Positions 46,000 to 55,793 of a DNA stretch of 64,000 nucleotides are shown in pieces (the stretch's first letter is position 1; each line of letters starts with the position of its first letter). A model generated the notes under the pieces. The model was not told the origin of the DNA. It ran no database searches and saw nothing but the letters and a program-made list of their open reading frames with translations. Both the position numbers and the translations under genes were made by a program. This DNA is from an uncultured Bacteroidota bacterium (lineage in GTDB: Bacteria; Bacteroidota; Bacteroidia; Chitinophagales; Chitinophagaceae): assembly GCA_903929425.1 (NCBI GenBank), contig CAIYUO010000110.1:12845-76844 (forward strand), given 5' to 3'.

Positions 46000-46665
46000 T
46001 TATAATTTAATTTGATTTCCGTTTTTAAACATGCGATAGGAGAATAGGGTAGGGATTGCAACTATGATTGCAGTTGTCAATAAAAAAACAATAAATGCTG
46101 GTTTGCTTGGAAGCAACAAAGTGCCTATTGCTTGCACTAAACCGCCATACATCCAATATTTTCCAGCAACCTTATGTGTTTCATTCCAATTGTCAACATT
46201 TTCTAAAGTCCATGGTAATCTAAATCCAGCAAAATAGTTTTGATGTAATTTAGGCATGTACCATCCTAAGGCTGAAAATGTTAATCCTAATATTGGTAAT
46301 AACAATTTTGTTATATTAATACTTCCGTCAGTTGCAGAATAAGTAATGATAATACTAAGTACACTTAAAAAGCCAACTAAAAACAAAGCAAACTTTTTAT
46401 ACAGTCCATCATCCTCCGCTTTGTATCTTTTTGGGTCAAAATTTTTAATATTTGATAGTAAGAAAAAGGTAAATAAGCCTGCCCCAGCTAGTATACTTGG
46501 TCCTAAAAAAATTGAACTTTTTTCTCCCCAAGCATCCGCTTCTCCCTTAATATTAAAATGGGTAGGTATGCTGGTTGGCAAGTTGGGATACAAAAAAGCT
46601 GCGTAACCAAAAGGAATGGCCAATATTACTAAAGCTAATAATAAGTTGGGTGTGGTCTTTTTCAT
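46000..46665 (-). CDS. SdpI-family membrane protein (DUF1648 + SdpI)
   Basis: LP..IPTHF...G.AD.W, NYFAGFRLPWTL...NW..TH..AG. Confidence 0.88.
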   Translation of the reverse strand: MKKTTPNLLLALVILAIPFGYAAFLYPNLPTSIPTHFNIKGEADAWGEKSSIFLGPSILAGAGLFTFFLLSNIKNFDPKRYKAEDDGLYKKFALFLVGFLSVLSIIITYSATDGSINITKLLLPILGLTFSALGWYMPKLHQNYFAGFRLPWTLENVDNWNETHKVAGKYWMYGGLVQAIGTLLLPSKPAFIVFLLTTAIIVAIPTLFSYRMFKNGNQIKL

Positions 46666-46766
46666 ACAATAGTTGATTAAATAGATGACAAAAGGGGGGT
46701 ACTGTATTGTACCACAAGTTACTATTTATGGCTAAAAAAAATTACTTTTGCATCAAATCGAAAAAA

Positions 46767-47741
46767 ATGAGCAAAGGACCCGTTTCTAAATTTATTGAAC
46801 ATCAGTATAGACATTTCAATGCTGCTGCTTTAGTTGACGCTGCTAAAGGATACGAAACCCATTTATTAGATGGCGGTAAAATGCTAGTAAGCTTAGCAGG
46901 TGCCATGAGTACCGCTGAATTAGGTATTAGCTTGGCCGAAATGATTCGTCAAGATAAGATTGCTATTATTAGCTGTACTGGTGCCAATTTAGAAGAAGAT
47001 GTAATGAACTTAGTTGCACATAGCCATTATAAGCGTGTTCCTAATTATCGTGATTTGACTCCACAGGACGAGTGGGATTTATTAGAAAACCATTATAACC
47101 GTGTAACTGATACTTGTATTCCTGAAGAAGAAGCATTCAGAAGATTACAAAAGCATATTGTGAAGTTTTGGAAAGAAGCGGAAGCAAAAGGGGAGCGATA
47201 TTTCCCGCATGAATTTATGTATCAAGTTATTTTGAGTGGCGAGTTAGAGCAATATTATGAAATTGATCCAAAAGACAGTTGGATTGTTGCCGCTGCTAAA
47301 AAGAATATTCCAATTGTAGTACCAGGTTGGGAAGATAGTACTACCGGAAACATTTTTGCTTCGTACGTAATTAAAAATGAATTAAAAGCAAGTACCGTTA
47401 AAAATGGTATTGAATATATGGTTATGTTGACGGAATGGTACCGAGCTAACAGCGGTGGAAAGGGTGTAGGCTTTTTCCAAGTAGGTGGCGGTATAGCTGG
47501 TGACTTTCCAATTTGTGTAGTACCCATGATGTACCAGGATTTAGAATGGCATGATGTTCCATTTTGGAGTTATTTCTGTCAAATAAGTGATAGTACTACA
47601 TCCTATGGTTCTTATTCAGGTGCCGTACCAAATGAAAAAATTACTTGGGGTAAATTAGATATTCATACGCCAAAATTTATTGTAGAGAGTGATGCTACCA
47701 TTGTAGTGCCATTGATTTTTGCATATATTCTAGGTCAGTAG
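46767..47741 (+). CDS. Deoxyhypusine-synthase-like protein
   Basis: HFNAA, AGAMST, CTGANLEED, RVTDTCIPEE, PGWEDS, GGGIAGD, GSYSGA.PNEKITWGK; start moved to ATG 46767. Confidence 0.9.
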   Translation: MSKGPVSKFIEHQYRHFNAAALVDAAKGYETHLLDGGKMLVSLAGAMSTAELGISLAEMIRQDKIAIISCTGANLEEDVMNLVAHSHYKRVPNYRDLTPQDEWDLLENHYNRVTDTCIPEEEAFRRLQKHIVKFWKEAEAKGERYFPHEFMYQVILSGELEQYYEIDPKDSWIVAAAKKNIPIVVPGWEDSTTGNIFASYVIKNELKASTVKNGIEYMVMLTEWYRANSGGKGVGFFQVGGGIAGDFPICVVPMMYQDLEWHDVPFWSYFCQISDSTTSYGSYSGAVPNEKITWGKLDIHTPKFIVESDATIVVPLIFAYILGQ

Positions 47742-47742
47742 C

Positions 47743-47782
47743 AATAAAAACCCCCTTAAGAAAATTTAAGGGGGTTTTTATT
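47743..47782. terminator. Intrinsic terminator after the DHS-like gene
   Basis: AATAAAAACCCCCTTAA-gaaaat-TTAAGGGGGTTTTTATT. Confidence 0.88.
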
Positions 47783-47799
47783 TTAATCTTATGATTTTT

Positions 47800-47828
47800 T
47801 CAATGCCACCCATAAACGGTGGCATTGA
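47800..47828. terminator. Second hairpin between the convergent DHS-like and M28 genes
   Basis: TCAATGCCACC-cataaac-GGTGGCATTGA, 11-bp stem. Confidence 0.6.
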
Positions 47829-47848
47829 TTTATGATACACCTTTTGGC

Positions 47849-49393
47849 CTATCTTGAAGGCATGTTTAATGGAATATCTCGCTTTAACATTTCATCTCGA
47901 TTGGCAATTTCACAAGCCGTGTAATATACCATTACAGTTCGTTTTTGCATTAAATCAAAATTGATTTTTTCAATGGTATCAGTTGGTTGATGATAATCAG
48001 CAAGTAACATACCGTCGTAGAAAAATAAAATAGGTACACCCTTACGAGCAAAATTGTAGTGATCGCTACGATAGTAAATCATATTTTTATCATTAGGATC
48101 ATCATATTTGTAATCCAAGGTAATGTTACTTGACTTTTTATTGGCATCTTCATTAATAGTCACTAATTCTGAACTTAATTTATCGTGTCCAATTACATAT
48201 ACATAACTTAAAGTATCACCTAATTTTCGTTCAGTGTCAACACGACCAATCATATCCGTATTTAAATCGGCAGTGGTTTTTTCCAATGGGAATATTGGAT
48301 GCTCTGAATAATATTGAGAACCCCATAATCCTTTTTCTTCTCCACTCACCGTCATAAATACAATGGTGCGTCTTGGACTTTTTCCAGCTTTAGCAGCTGC
48401 TGAAAAAGCCTCCGCCATTTGCATGACACCTACAGTACCAGATCCGTCATCATCAGCGCCATACCAAATAACATTTCCTTTTTTTCCTAAATGGTCATAG
48501 TGACCTGTTAAAAATAAATACTCATCTTTTTTATCAGTTCCTGGTAAGTATGCAATCACATTGCTACTTTCTAAATTATTGGTTGTTTTGGTTGCAGTTA
48601 TTGACAAAGTAGTAGGATAGTCACCTTTATTAAAAGATGCAAAATCATTAATGTTAGATACTGATTTTCCTAGTATTGTATTCGCAACAGCAGTTGAAAT
48701 ATTAGCCATTAAGAAACCAGCCGCATCATTTTTTTTCAAGTACATACTTCCTTTTGTTTCAGTAGCCACTTTTCTTGGAAAGTTTGATGACACTGTTAAT
48801 ATGCCAGTAGCACCTTTCGCAATTGCTGCACGCATTTTTGACATTGGTGAAGCTGTGTTGGCGTTAAATGCTCGGTTGCCACCTTGACCCATTGTAGGCA
48901 CTCCAGCGCTTGATCCTTCCAAAACAAGCACCATTTTACCCTTTACATCTAAGCCAGTATAATCATTAATTCCTTTGGAATCATCTACTATACCATAACC
49001 TACAAAAACAACATTACTAAAATCCCATTTGCCAGTAATAATTGTTTGTAATGAAAAAGTAAAATCGGTATCCCATGCAAATGATTGACCATTTACAGCT
49101 ATATTTTTTTCAGTTAACACATCCTGATATACTGGATAGATTTGTTGGTAGCTATCGCCATTACCTGGCTTGAGTCCCATTCTTTTAAATTCTGATGCTA
49201 TATAAGCTGCAGCTTTTTTTTGACCTGGACTTGCTGTTTCACGGCCTTCCATTTCAGCACTTGCAATTACAGACAGTTTTGCTTTCAAAGCATCAGCTGT
49301 AATAACCTTGCTGTACTTAATTAGATCTTCTGTTTTTTGTGCAAATGTTATTGAGCTAACCAATAGCATTAATATCCAAATTGATTTTTTCAT
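47849..49393 (-). CDS. Secreted M28-family peptidase with PA domain
   Basis: Signal peptide, EGRET, SSNVI, GHYDHLG, GADDDGSG, GEEKGLWGS, RSDHYNF, DYH..TDT. Confidence 0.92.
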   Translation of the reverse strand: MKKSIWILMLLVSSITFAQKTEDLIKYSKVITADALKAKLSVIASAEMEGRETASPGQKKAAAYIASEFKRMGLKPGNGDSYQQIYPVYQDVLTEKNIAVNGQSFAWDTDFTFSLQTIITGKWDFSNVVFVGYGIVDDSKGINDYTGLDVKGKMVLVLEGSSAGVPTMGQGGNRAFNANTASPMSKMRAAIAKGATGILTVSSNFPRKVATETKGSMYLKKNDAAGFLMANISTAVANTILGKSVSNINDFASFNKGDYPTTLSITATKTTNNLESSNVIAYLPGTDKKDEYLFLTGHYDHLGKKGNVIWYGADDDGSGTVGVMQMAEAFSAAAKAGKSPRRTIVFMTVSGEEKGLWGSQYYSEHPIFPLEKTTADLNTDMIGRVDTERKLGDTLSYVYVIGHDKLSSELVTINEDANKKSSNITLDYKYDDPNDKNMIYYRSDHYNFARKGVPILFFYDGMLLADYHQPTDTIEKINFDLMQKRTVMVYYTACEIANRDEMLKRDIPLNMPSR

Positions 49394-49423
49394 TTTAGGA
49401 TTATTTAAAAAGTGTAATTAATA

Positions 49424-49879
49424 TTATGAACAAGTAATTTTATTAACTCTATTTTGATGTCTACCACCTTCAAAAGCAGTAGTCATAAATTTTTCAATCA
49501 TTTCTTTTGCTAATGCTAAACTCACAAATCTAGCAGGAACGCAAATCATGTTAGCATCGTTATGTAAACGTGTTAATTCGGCAACCTCAGTTACCCAACA
49601 TAAACCAGCACGAATGCCTGCATGTTTATTGGCGGTCATTGCAACACCATTGGCACTTCCACAAAAAAGAATACCAAAACTTGCTTCACCTGTTTCAACA
49701 CTATTTGCAGTGGGGTGTGCAAAATCAGGGTAGTCAACAGAATCAGTGTTATAGGTGCCAAAATCTTTAACTTGGTAACCTTGACCTTCTAACCAATTTT
49801 TCACTTCGTTTTTATAGTCTATACCAGCATGGTCACAACCTATTGCAATAGGTTTTTTGGAGTCAAATACAAATGCCAT
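49424..49879 (-). CDS. rpiB: Ribose-5-phosphate isomerase B
   Basis: IGCDHAG, DYPD, CGSANG, HNDAN, FEGGRH..R. Confidence 0.96.
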   Translation of the reverse strand: MAFVFDSKKPIAIGCDHAGIDYKNEVKNWLEGQGYQVKDFGTYNTDSVDYPDFAHPTANSVETGEASFGILFCGSANGVAMTANKHAGIRAGLCWVTEVAELTRLHNDANMICVPARFVSLALAKEMIEKFMTTAFEGGRHQNRVNKITCS

Positions 49880-49933
49880 AATTAATTGTTTCTGATGTAA
49901 ATAAATTAGTCCTCAATTTTTTTATTCATTTTA

Positions 49934-50788
49934 TTAATCCCACTCTTCATCTTCCTCTTGTTTCATGTTTCTATTTGCCCAGCGAGAAACAAATATGCTA
50001 AATTCAAATAAAGTATATAATGGAATAAACACAATAGTTTGACTATACCAGTCTGGACTTGGTGTGATAAATGCAGCTACGATTAAAATAATGACAACTG
50101 CATACTTTCTAGTAGTCGTTAAAAATTTAGGCGTGATTAAACCAATTTTTGTCAATAGAAAAACAATCACTGGTAATTCAAATGCAATACCACAACCTAA
50201 AATCAAATTTGTTAAATTGTCTAAATAGTCAGAAAAGGTAGGAATGGTAGTAATAATATTTTTGGTACCCAATTGAAAGCTCGCCAAAAAATTAAATGTA
50301 AATGGACCTAAAACAAAAAATCCAAATGATGCTCCTAGAAAAAAGAAGAAGGATACCCAAAAAATCATGAACCTCGTATTTTTCAATTCTTTTTCTTTCA
50401 AGGCTGGTTTAATAAATAGCCATATTTGCCAAAATACAAATGGGAATGCAACAATTAATCCACCTACCATGGCCATGCTAATGGCACTCAAAAATTGACC
50501 TCCAAAGGTGGTACTTTGTAATTGTGTTTTTACCGGAGGCATACATAGTGAATCTCCCAAATGTAAAAAGTGACTTAAATTACAAAATGCACGATAAGTA
50601 ATAAAATCTGGATTTAATGGACCCGTAATTACATTATCCATTACCCAATCCCTATAAATAAAAATTACAATTGCTGCAATTAGAATGGAAGACAATGACC
50701 TAACAATGGTACCTCTCAATACTTCAAGATGGTCGATAAACGACATCTCAGATGCTTCACTTTTTTTAAATCTATCAAATATTGCCAT
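49934..50788 (-). CDS. tatC: Twin-arginine translocase subunit TatC
   Basis: EMSFIDHLE.LR, F..P.L...E, FELP, AFITPSPD. Confidence 0.95.
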   Translation of the reverse strand: MAIFDRFKKSEASEMSFIDHLEVLRGTIVRSLSSILIAAIVIFIYRDWVMDNVITGPLNPDFITYRAFCNLSHFLHLGDSLCMPPVKTQLQSTTFGGQFLSAISMAMVGGLIVAFPFVFWQIWLFIKPALKEKELKNTRFMIFWVSFFFFLGASFGFFVLGPFTFNFLASFQLGTKNIITTIPTFSDYLDNLTNLILGCGIAFELPVIVFLLTKIGLITPKFLTTTRKYAVVIILIVAAFITPSPDWYSQTIVFIPLYTLFEFSIFVSRWANRNMKQEEDEEWD

Positions 50789-50856
50789 GGAACTATTTCA
50801 ATGAGTGCTAAAGTTAAGGCTTATCACTCAAAATGGGAAGGCAATTTTATAAAATA

Positions 50857-52095
50857 TTAGGAATGAATTTTTAGTTTCACTTTTTCAATCCTGGTATCGC
50901 TTACAGCTAAAATTTCGGCATCAAAATGAGCTAATTTTATGACAGTTTTTACCTTCGGAATAGATTCATGAAAATGTATTAAATAACCACTTAATGTTTC
51001 TGAATTTTCTGCTCCAAAGTTGATATCATATTTCTCATTTAAATAATCTAATTCAAGACGGCCACTAAAGATGAACTCTATTTCTGACAGCTTTTTCTCA
51101 ACAAATTCTTGTTCATCATACTCATCATCAATTTCTCCAAATAATTCCTCTAACACGTCTTCCATAGTAACCATGCCTGCAGTGCCTCCAAATTCATCCA
51201 CTACCCAGGCTATGCTTTTTCTTTTTTTAGAAAATAAGTTTATTAAGTCGGCAGCACTCATGCTTTCAGGTACCAATAAAATAGGATGAATGACCGAATG
51301 TATGTTTTGAGGTTTTTGGAATAAATCCAATTGGTGGATATACCCCACTATATTATCTAAGGTTTCATTATAAACAATAAGTTTACTTAATTTGGTTTCA
51401 ACAAATAAGGATTTTATTTCTTCAATCGATGTGTTTATTTCTACGCCCACAATTTCAGTTCTTGGCACTAAACATTCTCGTATTTTAATTTCTGGTAAAC
51501 CTAATGCATTCTCAAATAAGTCGGTATTAAGTTCTTGTTGGGTTGGGTGTTCAACATTTTGTTGTATAAAATGAGCCAAATCAATTTTCGAAAAAGCCTC
51601 CTTTTTATTGACTACTTTAATTTGAAATAAAAATTGCAATACCCATTGGGCAGTACTTACTAATATTTTAGTTAGTGGTTTAAACAGCACATGAAAAATA
51701 TTCGCCAATATTGCAAACTTTGTAATTAAAGTACTTGCCCTTGCTTTAAAAATGGCTTTAGGCACTAGTTCTCCAATGACTAATATTACAAATGTGGATA
51801 GAATCGTATTGCCCAATAAAATGGTGTAATTGTCAAACTGGTAATGTTCCCACAAATATTTATCTAAAATTTGCTCAAATAAAATACCAAATACAACTAA
51901 TGATATGTTTAAACCAATTAAACAAGTGCCAATGAATTCAGTAGGGGCTAATAAAAAACGCGCAATAATTTGTCCTGAACGGTCGCCATTCTTTTTTTTC
52001 AACTCAAGGCTCAATCGATTAGCACTCACAAAGCCAATTTCATAACCTGAAAAAAAACCAATTAATATTATGGATGCGATTATTGCAAAAATCAT
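50857..52095 (-). CDS. Hemolysin/CNNM (CorC-like) CBS-domain membrane protein
   Basis: FFSGYEIGF, GELVPK, MVP-like LVPRTEI, VVDEFGGTAGMVTMEDVLEELFGEI. Confidence 0.92.
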   Translation of the reverse strand: MIFAIIASIILIGFFSGYEIGFVSANRLSLELKKKNGDRSGQIIARFLLAPTEFIGTCLIGLNISLVVFGILFEQILDKYLWEHYQFDNYTILLGNTILSTFVILVIGELVPKAIFKARASTLITKFAILANIFHVLFKPLTKILVSTAQWVLQFLFQIKVVNKKEAFSKIDLAHFIQQNVEHPTQQELNTDLFENALGLPEIKIRECLVPRTEIVGVEINTSIEEIKSLFVETKLSKLIVYNETLDNIVGYIHQLDLFQKPQNIHSVIHPILLVPESMSAADLINLFSKKRKSIAWVVDEFGGTAGMVTMEDVLEELFGEIDDEYDEQEFVEKKLSEIEFIFSGRLELDYLNEKYDINFGAENSETLSGYLIHFHESIPKVKTVIKLAHFDAEILAVSDTRIEKVKLKIHS

Positions 52096-52119
52096 AGTAT
52101 AAAGATATTCTTAAATTTA

Positions 52120-52707
52120 CTAATTTATACCACTGCTATCATTTATTATAGCAAAGCTGTTTGATTGAGGCTTAAATATTTTAATATCTGTTAAGTCTTG
52201 ATTTGCCTCCATCCCTAATCCATATATTTTAGAAATTGGATTATGTTGCTTTACAACTACTTCCTTATCGGTATGAAATTTGCTAGTAGCTTGGTCCCAA
52301 TACATTTCCTTGCACCATAAGGTATCCCCGCTAACATTATATACAACCACATTCCCTTTTAAGAAAAACTTATTTTGTTCCTGTATATAATTAGCATAAT
52401 TAGCACTTAACTTACTTTCAATTTTAGTACTATCCTTATAAAAATCAACTTTGATGGTATTCGGGAATTCAACCATTTTCCCACTATCTAATAAATATTT
52501 TTTCATGATAGGAGCCTTTAATTTTGCGCTCATTTTCCCACCCTGACTCATGTAAATTAAAACGTCTTTTCCAATATCTATCCCTCCTACATTATCATTC
52601 AAGGCCTTCACATCATTAATATTGTTCTCACAAGCAGCCATAAAAAAGCAGCTACCTAATAAAGTAACTGCTGCTTTATATATTATATGAATTTTTGTAT
52701 TAATCAT
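52120..52707 (-). CDS. lptC: LPS export periplasmic protein LptC
   Basis: ACEN lipoprotein-like start, EFPN...FY, L.ANYA, GDTL.C.E.YWD, G.GMEANQD. Confidence 0.8.
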   Translation of the reverse strand: MINTKIHIIYKAAVTLLGSCFFMAACENNINDVKALNDNVGGIDIGKDVLIYMSQGGKMSAKLKAPIMKKYLLDSGKMVEFPNTIKVDFYKDSTKIESKLSANYANYIQEQNKFFLKGNVVVYNVSGDTLWCKEMYWDQATSKFHTDKEVVVKQHNPISKIYGLGMEANQDLTDIKIFKPQSNSFAIINDSSGIN

Positions 52708-54082
52708 ATTTGCGTTTATTAAACCAAATATCACTCAAACTATACCCAACGGTAAATTGATAAAAACTTTCTTGAAAGCTATTCGAACTACTTCCTCTCT
52801 TCCCAAATTGTAATGCTAAATTTAACACTGAAAATTGATAATCATACGAACGATATTTGCGTATTGGAAGTCCAACGCCTAATGAAAATGTCGATATTTT
52901 AAGTCCTTTTCCGTCAATATTTATATAATCCTTTCCAGTTGTAAAACCAGCTCGATACGAAACAGTAGACCAGTAATTTTCAAAATCTAAGGGGTTAGGA
53001 CAAAATAATAAACCTATACGAGTAATAAATGCATTAGATAATTTATCGGGTTCGCCATAAAAACGATAGCTATCCTGCCAATTTGATTTGTCTAGTTGAA
53101 TACCAAGCACAAATTGTTCATACATTCCATTATTGCTAATTTCTTTTTTATGAAATGCGATACCGGCTGTAAAGGAGGATGGAATTTTTATTTGACCAAC
53201 TTTATTGTTAGTTATTGAAATGGTATCTAATGGCGATTCCGATCCTGTTGTAAAAGTACCGGTTGATCTAATTAAGTCTTGCTTGCCTGATAGGCTTTGA
53301 CCCAATGTTGCAGTTGCACCAAACCCAAAAGTATATTGCGTTTTATCGGTAACCACTTTATGTGTGGTAGTTTGCAACTCAATTTCACCCATCATACCTA
53401 ATTGAAAAAATAGGCCGCCCATTAAAGTATTTGTACTTGCCTGAGATTGGTAATAATTACTTGAATCAACATCATATTTAAAGGACTTAATGTTTTCGAT
53501 TTTCTTTTTACCAAAATTATAACCAGTATTAAAGCCTAAACTTATGTGCTTCCAAGTTTTGCCAAATCCTATAAATGCTTGATTAAGACCACCCTGACCA
53601 ATATAATTGTTGTATAATGAATCACCATTTGATAATGCCTTTCCTTCATTTAGTGAATAACTTATTTGACTCAAGGGTCTTAATCCAAATGCCATACCCA
53701 TTTTTTTAACCTTGTCAATGGGTAAACCAATGGCAAGATAGTTTGGTGCGAAATAAGCAGAGCTAAATTTAGAAACAGGATTATTACCTTTTAAGGTACT
53801 ATTGCTTAAGTTCATTCCTAAATCAAAAGTGGTCATATATATGCCACCATATGCAGCTGGATTATTGAAATTTACACTTTGTCCGAAATTGCCATTCATG
53901 CTGTTTGTATAAGCAGCTGTAAAACCACCCATTCCCTGACTGGTTGTATTTTGACTGTTGAGTACTTCGTTCCCTAAACCGTATCTAGAAAATGGAGAAT
54001 TGATTTGAGCCTTAGTCGGTAAAAATGAACAAACTAAAACGAGGAGGGGTATGAGCCTAATTATTTTTTTCACAAATAGCAT
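52700..54082 (-). CDS. Outer-membrane beta-barrel protein (FadL/PorV-like), uncharacterised
   Basis: Signal peptide, NSPFSRYGLG, GMGG, NPA, GQGGL, C-terminal WF; lies between coaX and lptC. Confidence 0.7.
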   Translation of the reverse strand: MLFVKKIIRLIPLLVLVCSFLPTKAQINSPFSRYGLGNEVLNSQNTTSQGMGGFTAAYTNSMNGNFGQSVNFNNPAAYGGIYMTTFDLGMNLSNSTLKGNNPVSKFSSAYFAPNYLAIGLPIDKVKKMGMAFGLRPLSQISYSLNEGKALSNGDSLYNNYIGQGGLNQAFIGFGKTWKHISLGFNTGYNFGKKKIENIKSFKYDVDSSNYYQSQASTNTLMGGLFFQLGMMGEIELQTTTHKVVTDKTQYTFGFGATATLGQSLSGKQDLIRSTGTFTTGSESPLDTISITNNKVGQIKIPSSFTAGIAFHKKEISNNGMYEQFVLGIQLDKSNWQDSYRFYGEPDKLSNAFITRIGLLFCPNPLDFENYWSTVSYRAGFTTGKDYINIDGKGLKISTFSLGVGLPIRKYRSYDYQFSVLNLALQFGKRGSSSNSFQESFYQFTVGYSLSDIWFNKRKYD

Positions 54083-54782
54083 AAAGTCCTTTAAATATTA
54101 AATTTGGGTCGGCAAATATCCTCTTTTTTAGGTGAGGTACAAAATAACAAATGTCACCACCGGTTAATAGCACGTTAAAGTTGGCATATTTTTCCTCGTA
54201 AGCAGCTATAATTCCGTCTATTTCGGCCGCTATTCCCAATATTACCCCACTTAAAAGGTTGGTTTTAGTATCATAACCGACTAAAGTGAACTCGGAAGAG
54301 GGCTGAATTAAGGGTAATAAGGCAGTTTGTTCGTGCATTGCCCTAAATCTCATTTGGGTTCCAGGTGAGATACTACCCCCTAAAAAAGCGTGTTCGTTGC
54401 TCACAAAATTGTAAGTAATACAGGTTCCAAGGGATATAATCAGGTTATGTTGATTAGGGTAAAGGTCAACTGCTGCTGCAACAAGCGCTAAACGATCAGC
54501 CCCAATAGTTTCGGGCTTTCCTACGGAAGTGGTAAAATTAATGATGGTAGAAGGTCCAAGTAAATGAAATTTAGACTTTTGAGCCAACAGCAGCTCGATA
54601 TTTTTATCATGATGAATCACCGATGATAAAATAGTTTTAAGAGGCTTGAATTTGTCTAAAAGCGATTCAATTTCAATCAAATCACCATTGTTTAACACAA
54701 CCACTTCTAATAATTCATGATTATTAAAAATGGCAGCTTTCAAACGGGTATTACCAAAATCAAAACAAATACTAGTTGTCAT
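54057..54782 (-). CDS. coaX: Type III pantothenate kinase
   Basis: DFGNTRLK, SSV, GADR, LGTCIT, GG.ISPG, LTGGD. Confidence 0.93.
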   Translation of the reverse strand: MTTSICFDFGNTRLKAAIFNNHELLEVVVLNNGDLIEIESLLDKFKPLKTILSSVIHHDKNIELLLAQKSKFHLLGPSTIINFTTSVGKPETIGADRLALVAAAVDLYPNQHNLIISLGTCITYNFVSNEHAFLGGSISPGTQMRFRAMHEQTALLPLIQPSSEFTLVGYDTKTNLLSGVILGIAAEIDGIIAAYEEKYANFNVLLTGGDICYFVPHLKKRIFADPNLIFKGLYAICEKNN

Positions 54783-54887
54783 AAACTTAGTTCAGGCACA
54801 AAATTAAACTCTTTGTTTCAAAGTTTACTTAAAAGTATAGGCAAGTTGCAAAAGATTTCGGTTATTTGAAGTAGTAAAAAAAATGAA

Positions 54888-55784
54888 ATGAAAATCTCTG
54901 GCTTTAGTTATGTGAGAAATGGGTTTGACTATGGCGTTCCTTTTTTAGAAGCCATACAATCGGCCCTTCCTATTTGTGATGAATTTATCATTGCAGTAGG
55001 TGATTCAACAGACGGTACAAGAGACGCGATTGTTAATTTAAATTCAGATAAGATTAAAATTATTGATACCATTTGGGATTCGAATTTAAAAACGGGAGGT
55101 CAGATTTTTGCACAGCAAACAAATATTGCATTGGATCAAATTACTGGTGATTGGGCGTTTCATATTCAAGCTGACGAAGTGATTCATGAAAATCAAATTG
55201 GAAATATTAAAAAAGCCATTGAAAAGTACAATGGAGATAGTAATATAGATGGATTTATTTTACCTTTCTTGCATTTTTGGGGAGGGTATAATTATTACAG
55301 GAACACGAGAAGAGTGCACAATTTTGAAGTACGCATTTTTCGAAATAATTTAGGTGCAAGATCTTATAGAGACTCGCAAGGATTTAGAAAGTATAAATCA
55401 GTTGAAGGTTATCAAAATGGAACGGATAAAGGGGAGAAGCTTCGTGTGAAATTAGTGGAGGCAACTGTTTATCACTACAACGGTGTGAGACCACCCGTAT
55501 CCTTCAGGAAAAAAGCGCAAATGTTTGGTGAACAGTATCATGATAAGGATGCAGTTGAAAAACAATTAACTAAAACAAATTACGATTGGAATAATGTCGA
55601 TAGAGTAGTTTTATTTACTGGCACACACCCTTGTTATATGCAGGAAAAAGTCAATCATCAAAATTGGGAATATACTTTTGATAAAACTAAAGCAAAATGG
55701 AAATTAAAAGATAGGTTCATTCAGCCTATTGAAGACTTTATTGGATTTAAAATTGGCGAGTATAAAAATTATAACCTCATTTAA
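54888..55784 (+). CDS. Family 2 glycosyltransferase
   Basis: ISGF..VRN, S.LPICDE, DSTDGT, GDW.F.IQADE, YHY. Confidence 0.85.
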   Translation: MKISGFSYVRNGFDYGVPFLEAIQSALPICDEFIIAVGDSTDGTRDAIVNLNSDKIKIIDTIWDSNLKTGGQIFAQQTNIALDQITGDWAFHIQADEVIHENQIGNIKKAIEKYNGDSNIDGFILPFLHFWGGYNYYRNTRRVHNFEVRIFRNNLGARSYRDSQGFRKYKSVEGYQNGTDKGEKLRVKLVEATVYHYNGVRPPVSFRKKAQMFGEQYHDKDAVEKQLTKTNYDWNNVDRVVLFTGTHPCYMQEKVNHQNWEYTFDKTKAKWKLKDRFIQPIEDFIGFKIGEYKNYNLI

Positions 55785-55793
55785 TTTAGTGGA

